A stretch of 63,221 bases of DNA from a bacterium (GTDB lineage Bacteria; Bacillota_I; Bacilli_A; RFN20; CAG-449). A model generated the notes under the pieces. It searched no databases. It saw nothing but the letters and a program-made list of their open reading frames with translations, and had not been told where the DNA came from. Location of the stretch: positions 2,740-65,960 of the forward strand of contig CAVFKD010000003.1 of the NCBI GenBank assembly GCA_963623095.1. The letters run 5' to 3'. Below, piece by piece: positions 1 to 10,272 of the stretch; the stretch's first letter is position 1; the number at the start of each line of letters is the position of its first letter. The position numbers and the translations under genes were made by a program.

Positions 1-1261
1 AGATAATAGTTTTATATTGGCCTAAGAGGTTTTCTTCTGATGCAATTGATACTTCAATGTAGTTAGAAGCATGACCTTGATATTTTTTAGTCTTAGGATT
101 ATATGTTTCAAATATGACATCTAATTCTTTTCCAATAAATTTAGATTCATATTTTTCTTTTAATTCATTACCGAGTTCAATTAATTGATGGACTCTTTCT
201 TTTTTGACTTTTGGATCTATTTGATTAGGCATTTTTGCCGCGAGAGTGCCTGGTCTAATTGAATAAGGGAATACGTGGAGATAATCAAAACCACATTCTT
301 TAATAAATTCTTTACATTCTAAGAATTCTTCATTTGTTTCTCCAGGGAAACCAACAATTACATCGCAAGCTAATGCGATATCTGGACAAGCTTGTCTAAT
401 TCTTTTAATGGTGGATAAGAATTGTGCTTTATTATATTTACGATGCATTCTTTTTAATACGCCGTCACTACCTGATTGTAAAGGAATATGTAAATGATGG
501 GCAATGCGATCATTATTTTTAATAATAGAGATAAATTCATCATCTAATTCTGATTCTTCCATTGAAGAAATTCTAATTCTTTTAATACGTGGTTCTTTAA
601 TTAAGATATCTTTTAATAAATCGTTAAAGAAATAATTTTCTTCTTTATGGTCTTCACCATAACTTGCAGTATCAATTCCAGTTAAGACTATTTCTAAAAA
701 TCCATTATCCGCGAGATGTTTAATTTCATCAAATATTTCTTCTTTAGGTCTTGATCTAGTATTACCTCTTGTATAAGGGATAATACAATAAGAACAGAAA
801 TTATTACATCCATCTTGAATCTTGACAAACGCTCTAGTATTTTCTGAATAAGAAGTGATTTTTAAGCATTCATATGCTTCTTTACGATTATCTTTATTAT
901 ATGCGACAATTTGTTCGCCTGAAGAACAATTATCGATGATATAATCAATTAATTTTTCACGATTTGTTGTTCCAACAACTACATCAACGCCGTCAATTTT
1001 GGAAACGATTTCTGGATGAAGTTGTGAATAACAACCCATAACTGCGATTTTAGCATCTGGGTAATTTGCGATAGCTTTTCTAATCATTTGACGAGATTTT
1101 TGCTCTCCGACTTGAGTAACTGCGCAAGTGTTGATGACAAAAATATCACACTTATCATCAATTGATTCTGTGTAACCTTGTTTATTTAATAATTCTTTAA
1201 TAGCTTCAGTTTCATAAGTGTTAACCTTACAACCGAGGGACAATGTTTTATAATACTTCAT
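1..1261 (-). CDS. mtaB: tRNA t6A37 methylthiotransferase MtaB (radical SAM); 3' end cut by window edge
   Basis: Own translation of the minus strand from ATG at 1261 gives MKYYKTLSLGCKVNTYETEA... with a radical-SAM CxxxCxxC in FVKIQDGCNNFCSYCIIPYTRG. It lies downstream of rsmE as in B. subtilis yqeU-yqeV. It is absent from the ORF track because it is open at the edge. Confidence 0.85.
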   Translation of the reverse strand, partial: MKYYKTLSLGCKVNTYETEAIKELLNKQGYTESIDDKCDIFVINTCAVTQVGEQKSRQMIRKAIANYPDAKIAVMGCYSQLHPEIVSKIDGVDVVVGTTNREKLIDYIIDNCSSGEQIVAYNKDNRKEAYECLKITSYSENTRAFVKIQDGCNNFCSYCIIPYTRGNTRSRPKEEIFDEIKHLADNGFLEIVLTGIDTASYGEDHKEENYFFNDLLKDILIKEPRIKRIRISSMEESELDDEFISIIKNNDRIAHHLHIPLQSGSDGVLKRMHRKYNKAQFLSTIKRIRQACPDIALACDVIVGFPGETNEEFLECKEFIKECGFDYLHVFPYSIRPGTLAAKMPNQIDPKVKKERVHQLIELGNELKEKYESKFIGKELDVIFETYNPKTKKYQGHASNYIEVSIASEENLLGQYKTII

Positions 1262-2081
1262 CTGGTGATTTTCCTTTACTTACGGCATTAAATTTCTTTA
1301 ATGAACGAATATTAATTTTACGAGATAATTTTTTATAAGCTTTTCTTGAAATAAATTCATTATCTAATAGTGATCTTAAAAATTTATTTCTGTTATTTGC
1401 ATAAAAACAATCTACAACGTTATGAACTCTATTTAAAATATCATTCTTGTTAGGATTTTTAAGATATTTATCAAATAGAGAAATTGATATATCAAGTCGA
1501 CCTTGATTATTAATAATAAATATTGTTTCAAAATCTGCGTGATAATATGCACATGTTGTCGCATCTTCTTTGATTTTAATTAAAGAAGTGAAGGGACTTT
1601 CAAATAATTTGTAATTGTAGACATCAAAACAATCAATACATGTAGAAGCAGGTTTTGATTTTAATTCATCATATGGATAAGAAGATAATTTTGAACATTC
1701 ATCGTTATAAATTAAATTTAAACCAACTGAATAAAATGGGATATAGATTCTTGCTTTATCAACGATAAAATAAGGAGCGTCAATCGCATCTAAATCTTTC
1801 CAAATGTGTTCTTTAATGTAGGCATCTTTATCTTCAATATTTAAATCAATAGCTTCTTGAAGGTATTTTTCTAATCCATCTTCAAAGATTTTTTTATTTT
1901 GCATTCCACGAATTAAGATATTTGCTTCGATTACTTTAAAAGGATTATTTTCTCCAGTAGAGATTTTATATTTGGAATTTATTTTTGTGATTAAATTATT
2001 ATTTTCAACATAAAAATGATATTCGTTACTACGAGTAGGAATATTCTTTTTCTTTATGTTTAAAAAATTAAATAATTTCAT
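1248..2081 (-). CDS. hypothetical protein (277 aa), no recognisable motif
   Basis: Long ORF 2 nt downstream of rsmE that overlaps the mtaB start by 14 nt. Its codon usage resembles its neighbours. I recognise no family signature. Confidence 0.7.
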   Translation of the reverse strand: MKLFNFLNIKKKNIPTRSNEYHFYVENNNLITKINSKYKISTGENNPFKVIEANILIRGMQNKKIFEDGLEKYLQEAIDLNIEDKDAYIKEHIWKDLDAIDAPYFIVDKARIYIPFYSVGLNLIYNDECSKLSSYPYDELKSKPASTCIDCFDVYNYKLFESPFTSLIKIKEDATTCAYYHADFETIFIINNQGRLDISISLFDKYLKNPNKNDILNRVHNVVDCFYANNRNKFLRSLLDNEFISRKAYKKLSRKINIRSLKKFNAVSKGKSPDEVL

Positions 2082-2083
2082 AA

Positions 2084-2800
2084 TTAATCCTTTTCTAATA
2101 CTAATGCTAGAGAAGTAAGGGCATAGAATACCGCGGTTTCACTTCTTAAAATTCTTTTTCCTAGCGATATAGAAGTATAGCCGACTTTTTTAGCATATTC
2201 AACTTCTTCTAATGAAAATCCACCTTCTGATCCAATTAAAATAGAGACGGATTCATTTTCTTTAATTTGACTTATTCTACTTAAGAATGAAATTTCATCT
2301 TCATTTTCATAAGCGATAAATTGATGATCAAAATGATATTTAGAAATATCTTTATAAGAGATAACATCTTTAATGACTGGAACAATATTTCTTTTTGATT
2401 GTTCACTTGCTTCAAGGGCAATTTTATTAAATCTTGCAAGTTTTTTATCTTTGTTTTCGTTAGTTATTTTTGCAATGCATCTTGAAGATTGAACTAATAT
2501 AATTTCATATACACCTAATTCTGTTGCTTTTTGAACAACTAAATCAAGTTTTTCACCTTTAGGTAAACAATACATTAAAGTGATTTTATTTTTTAATTCG
2601 TGATTTTCATCTAATTTTTGTTTAACTTTTATTTCATAAGGAGAGACATTTGAAACATAGCAAAGATAAACTTCTTTATTGTATACGCATGTTATTTCAT
2701 CATTTTCTTTCATGCGCATAACGTTTTTAATATGGTGAAGTTGATCTTTATCTAAAGATACAATATCATTTTTAATTTCGTTAACAAAATATCTTTGCAT
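2084..2800 (-). CDS. rsmE: 16S rRNA (uracil1498-N3)-methyltransferase RsmE
   Basis: 238 aa starting MQRYFV... with C-terminal GSEGGFS..E and LGKRILRSETA motifs typical of RsmE. Conserved position upstream of mtaB. Confidence 0.9.
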   Translation of the reverse strand: MQRYFVNEIKNDIVSLDKDQLHHIKNVMRMKENDEITCVYNKEVYLCYVSNVSPYEIKVKQKLDENHELKNKITLMYCLPKGEKLDLVVQKATELGVYEIILVQSSRCIAKITNENKDKKLARFNKIALEASEQSKRNIVPVIKDVISYKDISKYHFDHQFIAYENEDEISFLSRISQIKENESVSILIGSEGGFSLEEVEYAKKVGYTSISLGKRILRSETAVFYALTSLALVLEKD

Positions 2801-2801
2801 A

Positions 2802-3638
2802 TTAATCTTCCTTTCTTAAATTTCTTAATAGAGCAATTTCTTCTTTGTAACCTTCTAATTCATTTGGTGTTTCTAAATAGAAAGGTAAATCTTTTAATAA
2901 TGGATGATTGATGATTCTTTTTATTGCTTCTAAAGGCATAGTACCTTCTTTAATTAATTCATGACGATCTTTATGGGAACAAAAAGGATTTTTTGAATTA
3001 TTTAAGTGAATAGCTTTTAAATATTTTAAACCAATTATTTGATCAAATTGATTTAAAACTCCATCTAAGTCATTAACAATATCATATCCTGCATCATAAA
3101 CATGGCATGTATCTAAAGTAACACCGAGATGGTCTTTTAATGTTACTCCATCAATAATAGCTTTAATTTCTTCAAATTTAGAACCAATTTCGCTACCTTT
3201 TCCTGCCATAGTTTCAAGTAATACTATTGTATGTTGATCTTTATTTAATACCTCATTTAATGCATCGATAATATATTTAATTCCAATATCGACTCCTTGA
3301 GATACATGACTTCCTGGATGGAAATTATACATCGCATTAGGAATTCTTTCTAATATTGATAAATCATCTTTAAATACTTCAATCGCGAATTTTCTAACAT
3401 CTTCTTTTGCAGAACAACAATTTAAAGTGTAAGGCGCATGGGCTAAAAAAGGACCATAATTTAAATCTTTAGCCATTTTTAAAAATGATGCAAAATCTTC
3501 TTCATCAATTTCTTTTTTTTGACAACCACGTGGGTTTCTTGTAAACCATTGAAAAACATTGCCATTGATAGAATTAGTATCAATAAGCATTTGTTTATAT
3601 CCATTTGAAGAAGAAACATGACATCCGATTTTAAACAT
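2802..3638 (-). CDS. nfo: deoxyribonuclease IV (endonuclease IV)
   Basis: [30 protein letters not shown] and HLNNSK...DRHE metal-ligand motifs. RBS GAGGTAG lies upstream. Confidence 0.92.
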   Translation of the reverse strand: MFKIGCHVSSSNGYKQMLIDTNSINGNVFQWFTRNPRGCQKKEIDEEDFASFLKMAKDLNYGPFLAHAPYTLNCCSAKEDVRKFAIEVFKDDLSILERIPNAMYNFHPGSHVSQGVDIGIKYIIDALNEVLNKDQHTIVLLETMAGKGSEIGSKFEEIKAIIDGVTLKDHLGVTLDTCHVYDAGYDIVNDLDGVLNQFDQIIGLKYLKAIHLNNSKNPFCSHKDRHELIKEGTMPLEAIKRIINHPLLKDLPFYLETPNELEGYKEEIALLRNLRKED

Positions 3639-3743
3639 AACTACCTCACTTTAATCTTAACATATTTAAGAAAACTTTATTAATTATATAATAATTAAAA
3701 TGATTTATGATACAATAATTTATAATATTTGAAGGTGATATAC

Positions 3744-4772
3744 ATGGAACTAACGTTAAATTTAAAAACTTCTTCTTATAAGATTGTCTATGGACATGAT
3801 ATTTTAAAAACAATATCTTCTTATTATGATTTTACTAATAAGAAAGTTTTAGTTGTGACTGATGATAATATTCCTTTTTCTTACATAGATGAAATAAAGA
3901 AAGTCATACCTACTTTACACACATTAATTTTACCTCATGGAGAAGAAACTAAATCATTCCCATATTATTTAAAAATAAACGATGAACTTATCAAATACAA
4001 TTTTTCTAGAAATGATTGTATTATCGCTTTAGGTGGAGGAGTCATTGGTGATTTGGTAGGACTTGTTAGTTCAACATATAAAAGAGGTATTGATTTTATT
4101 AATATTCCTACATCTACTTTATCAATGATCGATTCTTCAATTGGAGGAAAAACTGCGATTGATTATAACAATATCAAAAACATCATAGGTACTTTTTATC
4201 AACCTAAATTAGTATTAATCGATTTTGATACTTTAAAATCATTGCCTTTAAGACAAGTAAATAATGGATTAATTGAAGCATTAAAAGCAGGTTTTATCTT
4301 AGATAATTCAATCTTGGATTTATTCGATCAAGAAGATATATATTCTCACTTGGAAGAAATTATTATTAAAGCAATTAATGTAAAAAAATATTATGTAGAA
4401 AATGATGAAAAAGAAACATCGATTAGAAAAATATTAAATTATGGTCATACATTTGGTCATGCATTTGAAGCTCTGGGTGGATTTTCTTCTTCCTTATATC
4501 ATGGTGAGGCGGTCGGACTTGGAATGCTAATTGTAAGTGATGAAAAAGAAAAAATGATGTCATATTTAAATAAATTAAATATCAAATATGATTTTGATAT
4601 CGATGAAAGTAAGATTATTCCTTTAATTTTAAATGATAAAAAAGTTAATGGTGAATATATTGATTTAATCTTAATAGAAAACAATAAAGGTGTTATTAAA
4701 AAGACCAAATTAGATGAACTAAATTCTTATTTAAAAGGAGGTATGGAATATGTCAGATTGTTTAGGAAATAA
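3744..4772 (+). CDS. aroB: 3-dehydroquinate synthase
   Basis: GGGVIGDLVG and NYGHTFGHA motifs. I prefer ATG 3744 (RBS AAGGTGA 6 nt upstream) over the TTG at 3729 in the ORF track. Confidence 0.9.
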   Translation: MELTLNLKTSSYKIVYGHDILKTISSYYDFTNKKVLVVTDDNIPFSYIDEIKKVIPTLHTLILPHGEETKSFPYYLKINDELIKYNFSRNDCIIALGGGVIGDLVGLVSSTYKRGIDFINIPTSTLSMIDSSIGGKTAIDYNNIKNIIGTFYQPKLVLIDFDTLKSLPLRQVNNGLIEALKAGFILDNSILDLFDQEDIYSHLEEIIIKAINVKKYYVENDEKETSIRKILNYGHTFGHAFEALGGFSSSLYHGEAVGLGMLIVSDEKEKMMSYLNKLNIKYDFDIDESKIIPLILNDKKVNGEYIDLILIENNKGVIKKTKLDELNSYLKGGMEYVRLFRK

Positions 4773-5814
4773 ATTAAAATTGACTATTTTTGGAGAAAGC
4801 CATGGAGAATATGTCGGTGCGAGTATTTCAGGACTTCCAAGCGGAATTAAAATCGATGAAGATTTAATTTTACAAGAACTTTCAAAAAGAAAAGCTAATG
4901 ATGCTTTATCTACATCCCGTCAAGAAGAAGATAATTATAAAATCATTTCAGGCGTATATAATGGTTATACAACAGGAACTTGTTTAAGCGTATTAATTCC
5001 AAATACCAAACAAAATTCTTCTGACTATGAAAAAGTTTTTAGACCAGGACATGCTGATTATACAGGATATGTTAAATATAATGGTTTTAATGATCCTCGT
5101 GGAGGAGGACATTTCTCTGGAAGATTAACCGCGCCATTAGTTGTTATAGGTGCGATAATTAAATCATATTTAAAAACTAAAAATATTTATGTAGTTTCAA
5201 GAATAAAACAAATCCATAACGTTAGAGATAATTCTACTTTTAAAGATGTCTATCAATTATTAGATTTAGATAATAAAATATTTCCTGTTTTAGATCAAAA
5301 TAAAGTGGGTTTAATGAAAGATGAAATTTCTTTGGCAAGAGATGATTTAGATTCTGTTGGAGGTATTATAGAAACTTATATTATCAATATGCCTGTTGGA
5401 GTTGGTGAACCATTTTTTGATTCGATTGAATCTTGTTTATCTCATGCAATATTTTCTATTCCTGCGGTAAAAGGTATTTCTTTTGGTGAAGGATTTAACT
5501 TCGCGAATATGTTAGGAAGCAACGCGAATGATCAAATGCAAGTTATCGATGATAAAGTAACATTCTTATCAAACCATAATGGAGGAATAAACGGGGGAAT
5601 TTCTAATGGTGAAATAATTGATTTTGAAACAGTTATTAAACCTACTCCTTCCATTTATAAAAAACAAGAAAGTGTATCTTATGATCCTTTAAAAAATATT
5701 CATCTAGAAATAAAAGGAAGACATGATCCTTGTATTGTAAGACGTGCTTTACCAGTTATAAATGCTTTAAGTGCTTTTAGTATTTTAGATTTATTGCTAT
5801 TAAAAGGTGAATAA
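4750..5814 (+). CDS. aroC: chorismate synthase
   Basis: GESHG, RPGHADY and GRHDPC motifs. RBS AAGGAGG. Overlaps the aroB end by 23 nt. Confidence 0.93.
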   Translation: MSDCLGNKLKLTIFGESHGEYVGASISGLPSGIKIDEDLILQELSKRKANDALSTSRQEEDNYKIISGVYNGYTTGTCLSVLIPNTKQNSSDYEKVFRPGHADYTGYVKYNGFNDPRGGGHFSGRLTAPLVVIGAIIKSYLKTKNIYVVSRIKQIHNVRDNSTFKDVYQLLDLDNKIFPVLDQNKVGLMKDEISLARDDLDSVGGIIETYIINMPVGVGEPFFDSIESCLSHAIFSIPAVKGISFGEGFNFANMLGSNANDQMQVIDDKVTFLSNHNGGINGGISNGEIIDFETVIKPTPSIYKKQESVSYDPLKNIHLEIKGRHDPCIVRRALPVINALSAFSILDLLLLKGE

Positions 5815-5815
5815 T

Positions 5816-7072
5816 ATGAAATATGGATTAATTGGAAAAACGTTAAAGCATTCTTTTTCTAAAATTGTCCATTCTTATCTCGATTCAAAAGATTATGAAC
5901 TTGTATCTTTAAATGAAGATGAATTAGATTCATTTTTAAAAAGAAGGGATTTTTTAGGAATTAATGTAACTATTCCTTATAAAGAAAAAGTAATTCCTTA
6001 CTTGGATTATGTATCTGAAGAAGTAAAAGAAATTGGTGCTTGTAATACGATTGTAAATAAGAATGGTAAATTATATGGCTATAATACTGATTGTTATGGA
6101 TTAGAATCTTTAATTAAACATTATCATTATGAAATTGAAGATAAGGTAGTCGCGATATTAGGTACCGGAGGAACTAAAAATACAACATATTATTTATTAA
6201 AGAAGTTAAAAGCAAAAAAGATTTATGTTGTAAGTAGAAACCCTAAGGGAGAAGAAATTAGTTATAATCAATTAAATTCTTTAAAAAATGAAATTGAAAT
6301 TATTATTAATACTACACCCGTAGGAATGTATCCTAATAATGAACAACAAATCATATCAATTAAAGGATTTAATCATCTTAAAGGAATCATTGATGTAATT
6401 TATAATCCTTTAAATACATTATTAGTTTTAGAAGGAAAACAAAATCATATTAATTCTCATGGAGGATTATATATGTTAATTGGTCAAGGTATTAAAGCTA
6501 GTGAATTATTCTTAGATAAAAAGTATGATAAAGGAATGTTAGATAGAATCTATTTTGATATTTTAAAAAAGAAAGAAAATATTGTTTTAATTGGAATGCC
6601 TATGTCTGGGAAAACTAGAACTGGTAAAATACTTGCAAGTTACATCAAAAAAGATTTTATCGATATGGATAAACAAATTGAAAATGATGAAAAACGTAGT
6701 ATTAATGAAATATTTTCTACAGATGGAGAAACTTATTTTAGAAATGTAGAATCAACATTGGCTAAAGAACTTGGCATTAACCAAGGTAAGGTTATTTCCA
6801 CCGGGGGAGGAATTATTTTAAATCCATTAAATATGATGTATTTAAAACAAAATGGTATTGTTATTTATTTAACAAGAGATTTTGATAAACTTGTTTATTC
6901 TTCATCTCGTCCTTTGACTAAATCAAAAGAAGAATATTTAGCTTTAGAGAAAAAAAGAAAACATTTATATTTAAAATATAAAGATATTCATGTTAATAAT
7001 TCAACCGATAATGTTGATGAAATCATGAATTTTATTAAGAGGAAATTATATGAAAAAAATTCTCATTATTAA
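5816..7072 (+). CDS. aroE-aroK: bifunctional shikimate dehydrogenase / shikimate kinase (AroE-AroK fusion)
   Basis: The N-terminal half has NVTIPYKE and GYNTD (AroE). The C-terminal half has the Walker A GMPMSGKT and GGGIIL (AroK). ATG 5816 follows RBS AAAGGTG; the track start GTG 5807 lies inside that RBS. Confidence 0.88.
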   Translation: MKYGLIGKTLKHSFSKIVHSYLDSKDYELVSLNEDELDSFLKRRDFLGINVTIPYKEKVIPYLDYVSEEVKEIGACNTIVNKNGKLYGYNTDCYGLESLIKHYHYEIEDKVVAILGTGGTKNTTYYLLKKLKAKKIYVVSRNPKGEEISYNQLNSLKNEIEIIINTTPVGMYPNNEQQIISIKGFNHLKGIIDVIYNPLNTLLVLEGKQNHINSHGGLYMLIGQGIKASELFLDKKYDKGMLDRIYFDILKKKENIVLIGMPMSGKTRTGKILASYIKKDFIDMDKQIENDEKRSINEIFSTDGETYFRNVESTLAKELGINQGKVISTGGGIILNPLNMMYLKQNGIVIYLTRDFDKLVYSSSRPLTKSKEEYLALEKKRKHLYLKYKDIHVNNSTDNVDEIMNFIKRKLYEKNSHY

Positions 7073-7490
7073 TGGACCAAACATTAATTTTGTCGGTATT
7101 AGACAAAAAGAAATATATGGAAATAAAACATATTTAGATTTAGTAAGTGATTTAGAAAATCACTCTAAAGAAATTGGCGTGGATTTAGAAGTTTATCAAA
7201 CTAATCATGAAGGTGATATTATTGATAAAATTCAAGAAGCTTATTTTTCCAAAGTTGATGGAATTATTATTAATGCAGGAGGTTATACCCATACTTCTAT
7301 TGCGATTATGGATGCATTAAAAGGCAGTAATATTCCAACTATTGAAGTGCATTTATCTAACATCTATGAAAGAGAAGAATATCGTCATGTTTCGTATATA
7401 AAACAGGCTTCTATTCATTCAATTATCGGTAAAGGATTTGATGGATATATTGAAGCGATGGATTATTTAAAGGAGTATTTAGAAAAATAA
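7050..7490 (+). CDS. aroQ: type II 3-dehydroquinate dehydratase
   Basis: INGPNINFVGIRQKEIYG and HLSNIYEREEYRH signatures. Confidence 0.92.
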   Translation: MKKILIINGPNINFVGIRQKEIYGNKTYLDLVSDLENHSKEIGVDLEVYQTNHEGDIIDKIQEAYFSKVDGIIINAGGYTHTSIAIMDALKGSNIPTIEVHLSNIYEREEYRHVSYIKQASIHSIIGKGFDGYIEAMDYLKEYLEK

Positions 7491-8738
7491 ATGGTTGAAT
7501 TAAAAGGTCATTCATATCGAGGTATTTATTATCCTATATCTTCTAAATCAGACGCTCATAGAGCGATTATTTTAGGTTGCTTAAGTAAGAAAACTTGCAA
7601 AATCTATAATGTTTATTTTTCTAATGATGTTAAAGCAACTATTTCTTGTTTAATAAAAATGGGTGCGAATATTGTTATTGATGAAAAAAATAATTCTTTA
7701 GAAGTTAAAAAGGGTATTTCTTATAATAAAGAAGTAACTCTTGATGTAGGAGAATCAGGATCTACTTTTAGATTTTTAATTCCAATATGTTCGATTTTTA
7801 ACCAAAAAACGACCTTTATTACACATGGAAGATTATCAAGTAGACCTTTAGATGTATATATAAAAATCTTTAATCAACTAGGAATTAAATTTGTAAAAGA
7901 AGATAATAATTTTATTTTAGAAGGTAAGTTAATTCCTTCACTATATGAAATAGAAGGAAATATATCTAGCCAATTTATTACAGGTTTATTATTATCTTTA
8001 CCAACTTTAAAAAAAGATTCAATTATTAAAATTAATAATCAAATATCATCTATGGATTATATTTTAATGAGTATAGATACGTTAAATAGGTTTGGAGTTA
8101 AAGTTGAATTTGATATTGAAAATAAGATTATTAAAATTCCTGGAAATAGTAATTTTGAATTAGATAATTATGTTGTTGAATCAGATTATTCTCAAGCGGC
8201 TTTCTTTATTTGCTTAGGAATTATTGATAATGGTTTAATTATTAAAAATTTAAATAAAAATTCTTATCAACCCGACAAACAAATTATTGATATATTAAAA
8301 AAATTAGGTGGAGATTTATATTTTGATAATGATGATTTAATAGTTAAAAAATCATTATTAAATGGAGGAATTATATCTTTAGATTCATGTCCTGATTTAG
8401 GTCCTGTTTTAATGGGAATAGGATGTTATTGTAAAAATAAAATTACTTTTAAAGATATCAAAAGACTTCGCATTAAAGAGTCCGACCGAGTAGAAGCAAT
8501 GGTTTATAATTTTAATTTATTAGGTGTTAAATACGAACTAAAAGAAGATGAAATAACAATCTATCCTAGTAAGATTACTTATAATAAAGAAGAATTAAAA
8601 TCATTTAATGATCATCGAATTTTTATGGCTTTAAAAATCATGTGTTTTGATAAAGATATTAAAATTGATGAAGAAAAATGTTTAGCTAAATCTTATCCAA
8701 CATTTTTAAAAGATTTAGAAAAATTAGAAAGAGATTAA
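7491..8738 (+). CDS. aroA: 3-phosphoshikimate 1-carboxyvinyltransferase (EPSP synthase)
   Basis: LDVGESGSTFRFL and RIKESDR motifs, 415 aa. The start abuts the aroQ stop. Confidence 0.92.
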   Translation: MVELKGHSYRGIYYPISSKSDAHRAIILGCLSKKTCKIYNVYFSNDVKATISCLIKMGANIVIDEKNNSLEVKKGISYNKEVTLDVGESGSTFRFLIPICSIFNQKTTFITHGRLSSRPLDVYIKIFNQLGIKFVKEDNNFILEGKLIPSLYEIEGNISSQFITGLLLSLPTLKKDSIIKINNQISSMDYILMSIDTLNRFGVKVEFDIENKIIKIPGNSNFELDNYVVESDYSQAAFFICLGIIDNGLIIKNLNKNSYQPDKQIIDILKKLGGDLYFDNDDLIVKKSLLNGGIISLDSCPDLGPVLMGIGCYCKNKITFKDIKRLRIKESDRVEAMVYNFNLLGVKYELKEDEITIYPSKITYNKEELKSFNDHRIFMALKIMCFDKDIKIDEEKCLAKSYPTFLKDLEKLERD

Positions 8739-8741
8739 TTT

Positions 8742-9584
8742 ATGGATAAAAGTAAAAATATTGTCATTGTTGGTTTAGGTTTAATGGGCGGAAGTTTGGC
8801 TAGTGCATTAACAAATATTAATTATAATGTCTATGGCTATGATATAAATGAAGAATCAATTTCTTTTGCCTATAATGAAAAAATCATTAAAAACAATGTA
8901 TCTTCTAAAGATTTATTAAAAATCGCGGATATTATTATTTTATGTATATATCCTAAAGATGTTTATTCATTTATCGAAGATAATTTATCTTTATTTAAAG
9001 AAGATGTATTAATTTCTGATATAACTGGGGTTAAATCAGGAATTGTTAATGAAATACAAAAACTTATAAAACCTAACCAAGAATTTATTGGGCTTCACCC
9101 AATGTGTGGTAAAGAAAAAGTTGGTGTTAAATATTATGATTCTAACTTATTTGAAGGTGCAAATTTAATTATTGTTCCAACTAACAAAAATACGTCTAAA
9201 GGATTAGATTTTGCTTATTTATTAGGCAAAGAATTGAAATTTAAATTCATTGAAAAATTATCGATTGAAGAACATGATCAAATGATTTCTTTTTTATCTC
9301 AATTACCTCATGCAATCGCGGTTGGATTAATGAATGTAAAAGAATCTAATCACCTAGTTGCTTATACTGGCGATTCTTTTAGAGATTTAACAAGAATTGC
9401 GAAAATTAACGCTGAATTATGGTCTGAATTATTTTTCTTAAATAAGGAATATCTAACTAAAGATATTGATGATTTTATTAAAGTCATGGAAGATATTAAA
9501 GAAAAAATAAATACTGAAGATAAAGAAGGCTTAGTAGAATTATTTAAAATCAGTAAAGAAAGAAGAGAGAATTTCGACAAATAA
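8742..9584 (+). CDS. tyrA: prephenate dehydrogenase (no ACT domain)
   Basis: N-terminal Rossmann IVIVGLGLMGGSLA plus an HPMCG motif, 280 aa. Last gene of the aro operon. Confidence 0.85.
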   Translation: MDKSKNIVIVGLGLMGGSLASALTNINYNVYGYDINEESISFAYNEKIIKNNVSSKDLLKIADIIILCIYPKDVYSFIEDNLSLFKEDVLISDITGVKSGIVNEIQKLIKPNQEFIGLHPMCGKEKVGVKYYDSNLFEGANLIIVPTNKNTSKGLDFAYLLGKELKFKFIEKLSIEEHDQMISFLSQLPHAIAVGLMNVKESNHLVAYTGDSFRDLTRIAKINAELWSELFFLNKEYLTKDIDDFIKVMEDIKEKINTEDKEGLVELFKISKERRENFDK

Positions 9585-9618
9585 AAACAAGGTTCACTTC
9601 ATTGAACCTTGTTTTTTA
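9585..9618. terminator. bidirectional rho-independent terminator
   Basis: 11-bp stem AACAAGGTTCA (9586-9596) / TGAACCTTGTT (9603-9613) flanked by A-run and T-run. It sits between convergent tyrA and the kinase-like gene. Confidence 0.8.
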
Positions 9619-10209
9619 TTAGCCGTTTTTCTTATCTAATTGTGCTTTTTTATGTTTGATGAATAATTCTAATACATCAACTGTTTCACTTACTCCAATA
9701 TCGCTTGAAACAAGTAAATCATAATCATAACTTCTACCCCATTTTGTATCAGTGAAGTAGTTATGATATCTAGCACGTGCTTTATTTGTTTTAGTAATCT
9801 TATCTAAAGCTTTAGATGGATCAATTCCATAATATTTAGTAATTCTCTCAACTTTAGATTCTGTTGAAGCTTGAATGAAAATCTTAATTAAATCTTTTCT
9901 TTCTTTTAAGATATAATCCGCGCATCTACCAACAAAGATTGCATCGCCTTTTTCTGCGAGTTCTTTAATTGCGTTAGTTTCTGCGATAAATAAATTATCA
10001 GTAACAGATAATTGACCACCGAAGAATGAATCAAAGAAAGAATTTACTTTTTCTTCATTTGATTTAACAAATTCAGGAGCGAAGTTACTTCTTTTGACAA
10101 CTTCTTCAATGATTTGACGATCATAAACAGGGAGATTTAATCTTTTCGCTAATTCTTCTGCGATGTAATGACCACCTGAGCCATATTCTCTACCAATAGT
10201 AATAATCAT
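9619..10209 (-). CDS. cytidylate kinase-like family protein
   Basis: MIITIGREYGSGGHYIAEELAKRL P-loop-like N-terminus typical of the Cytidylate_kin2 family, 196 aa. Confidence 0.7.
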   Translation of the reverse strand: MIITIGREYGSGGHYIAEELAKRLNLPVYDRQIIEEVVKRSNFAPEFVKSNEEKVNSFFDSFFGGQLSVTDNLFIAETNAIKELAEKGDAIFVGRCADYILKERKDLIKIFIQASTESKVERITKYYGIDPSKALDKITKTNKARARYHNYFTDTKWGRSYDYDLLVSSDIGVSETVDVLELFIKHKKAQLDKKNG

Positions 10210-10272
10210 ATTTTTTTACCTCTTTCATTATTTACATTTTATCACAACTATAGTAAATTGTAAGATTTTTTA

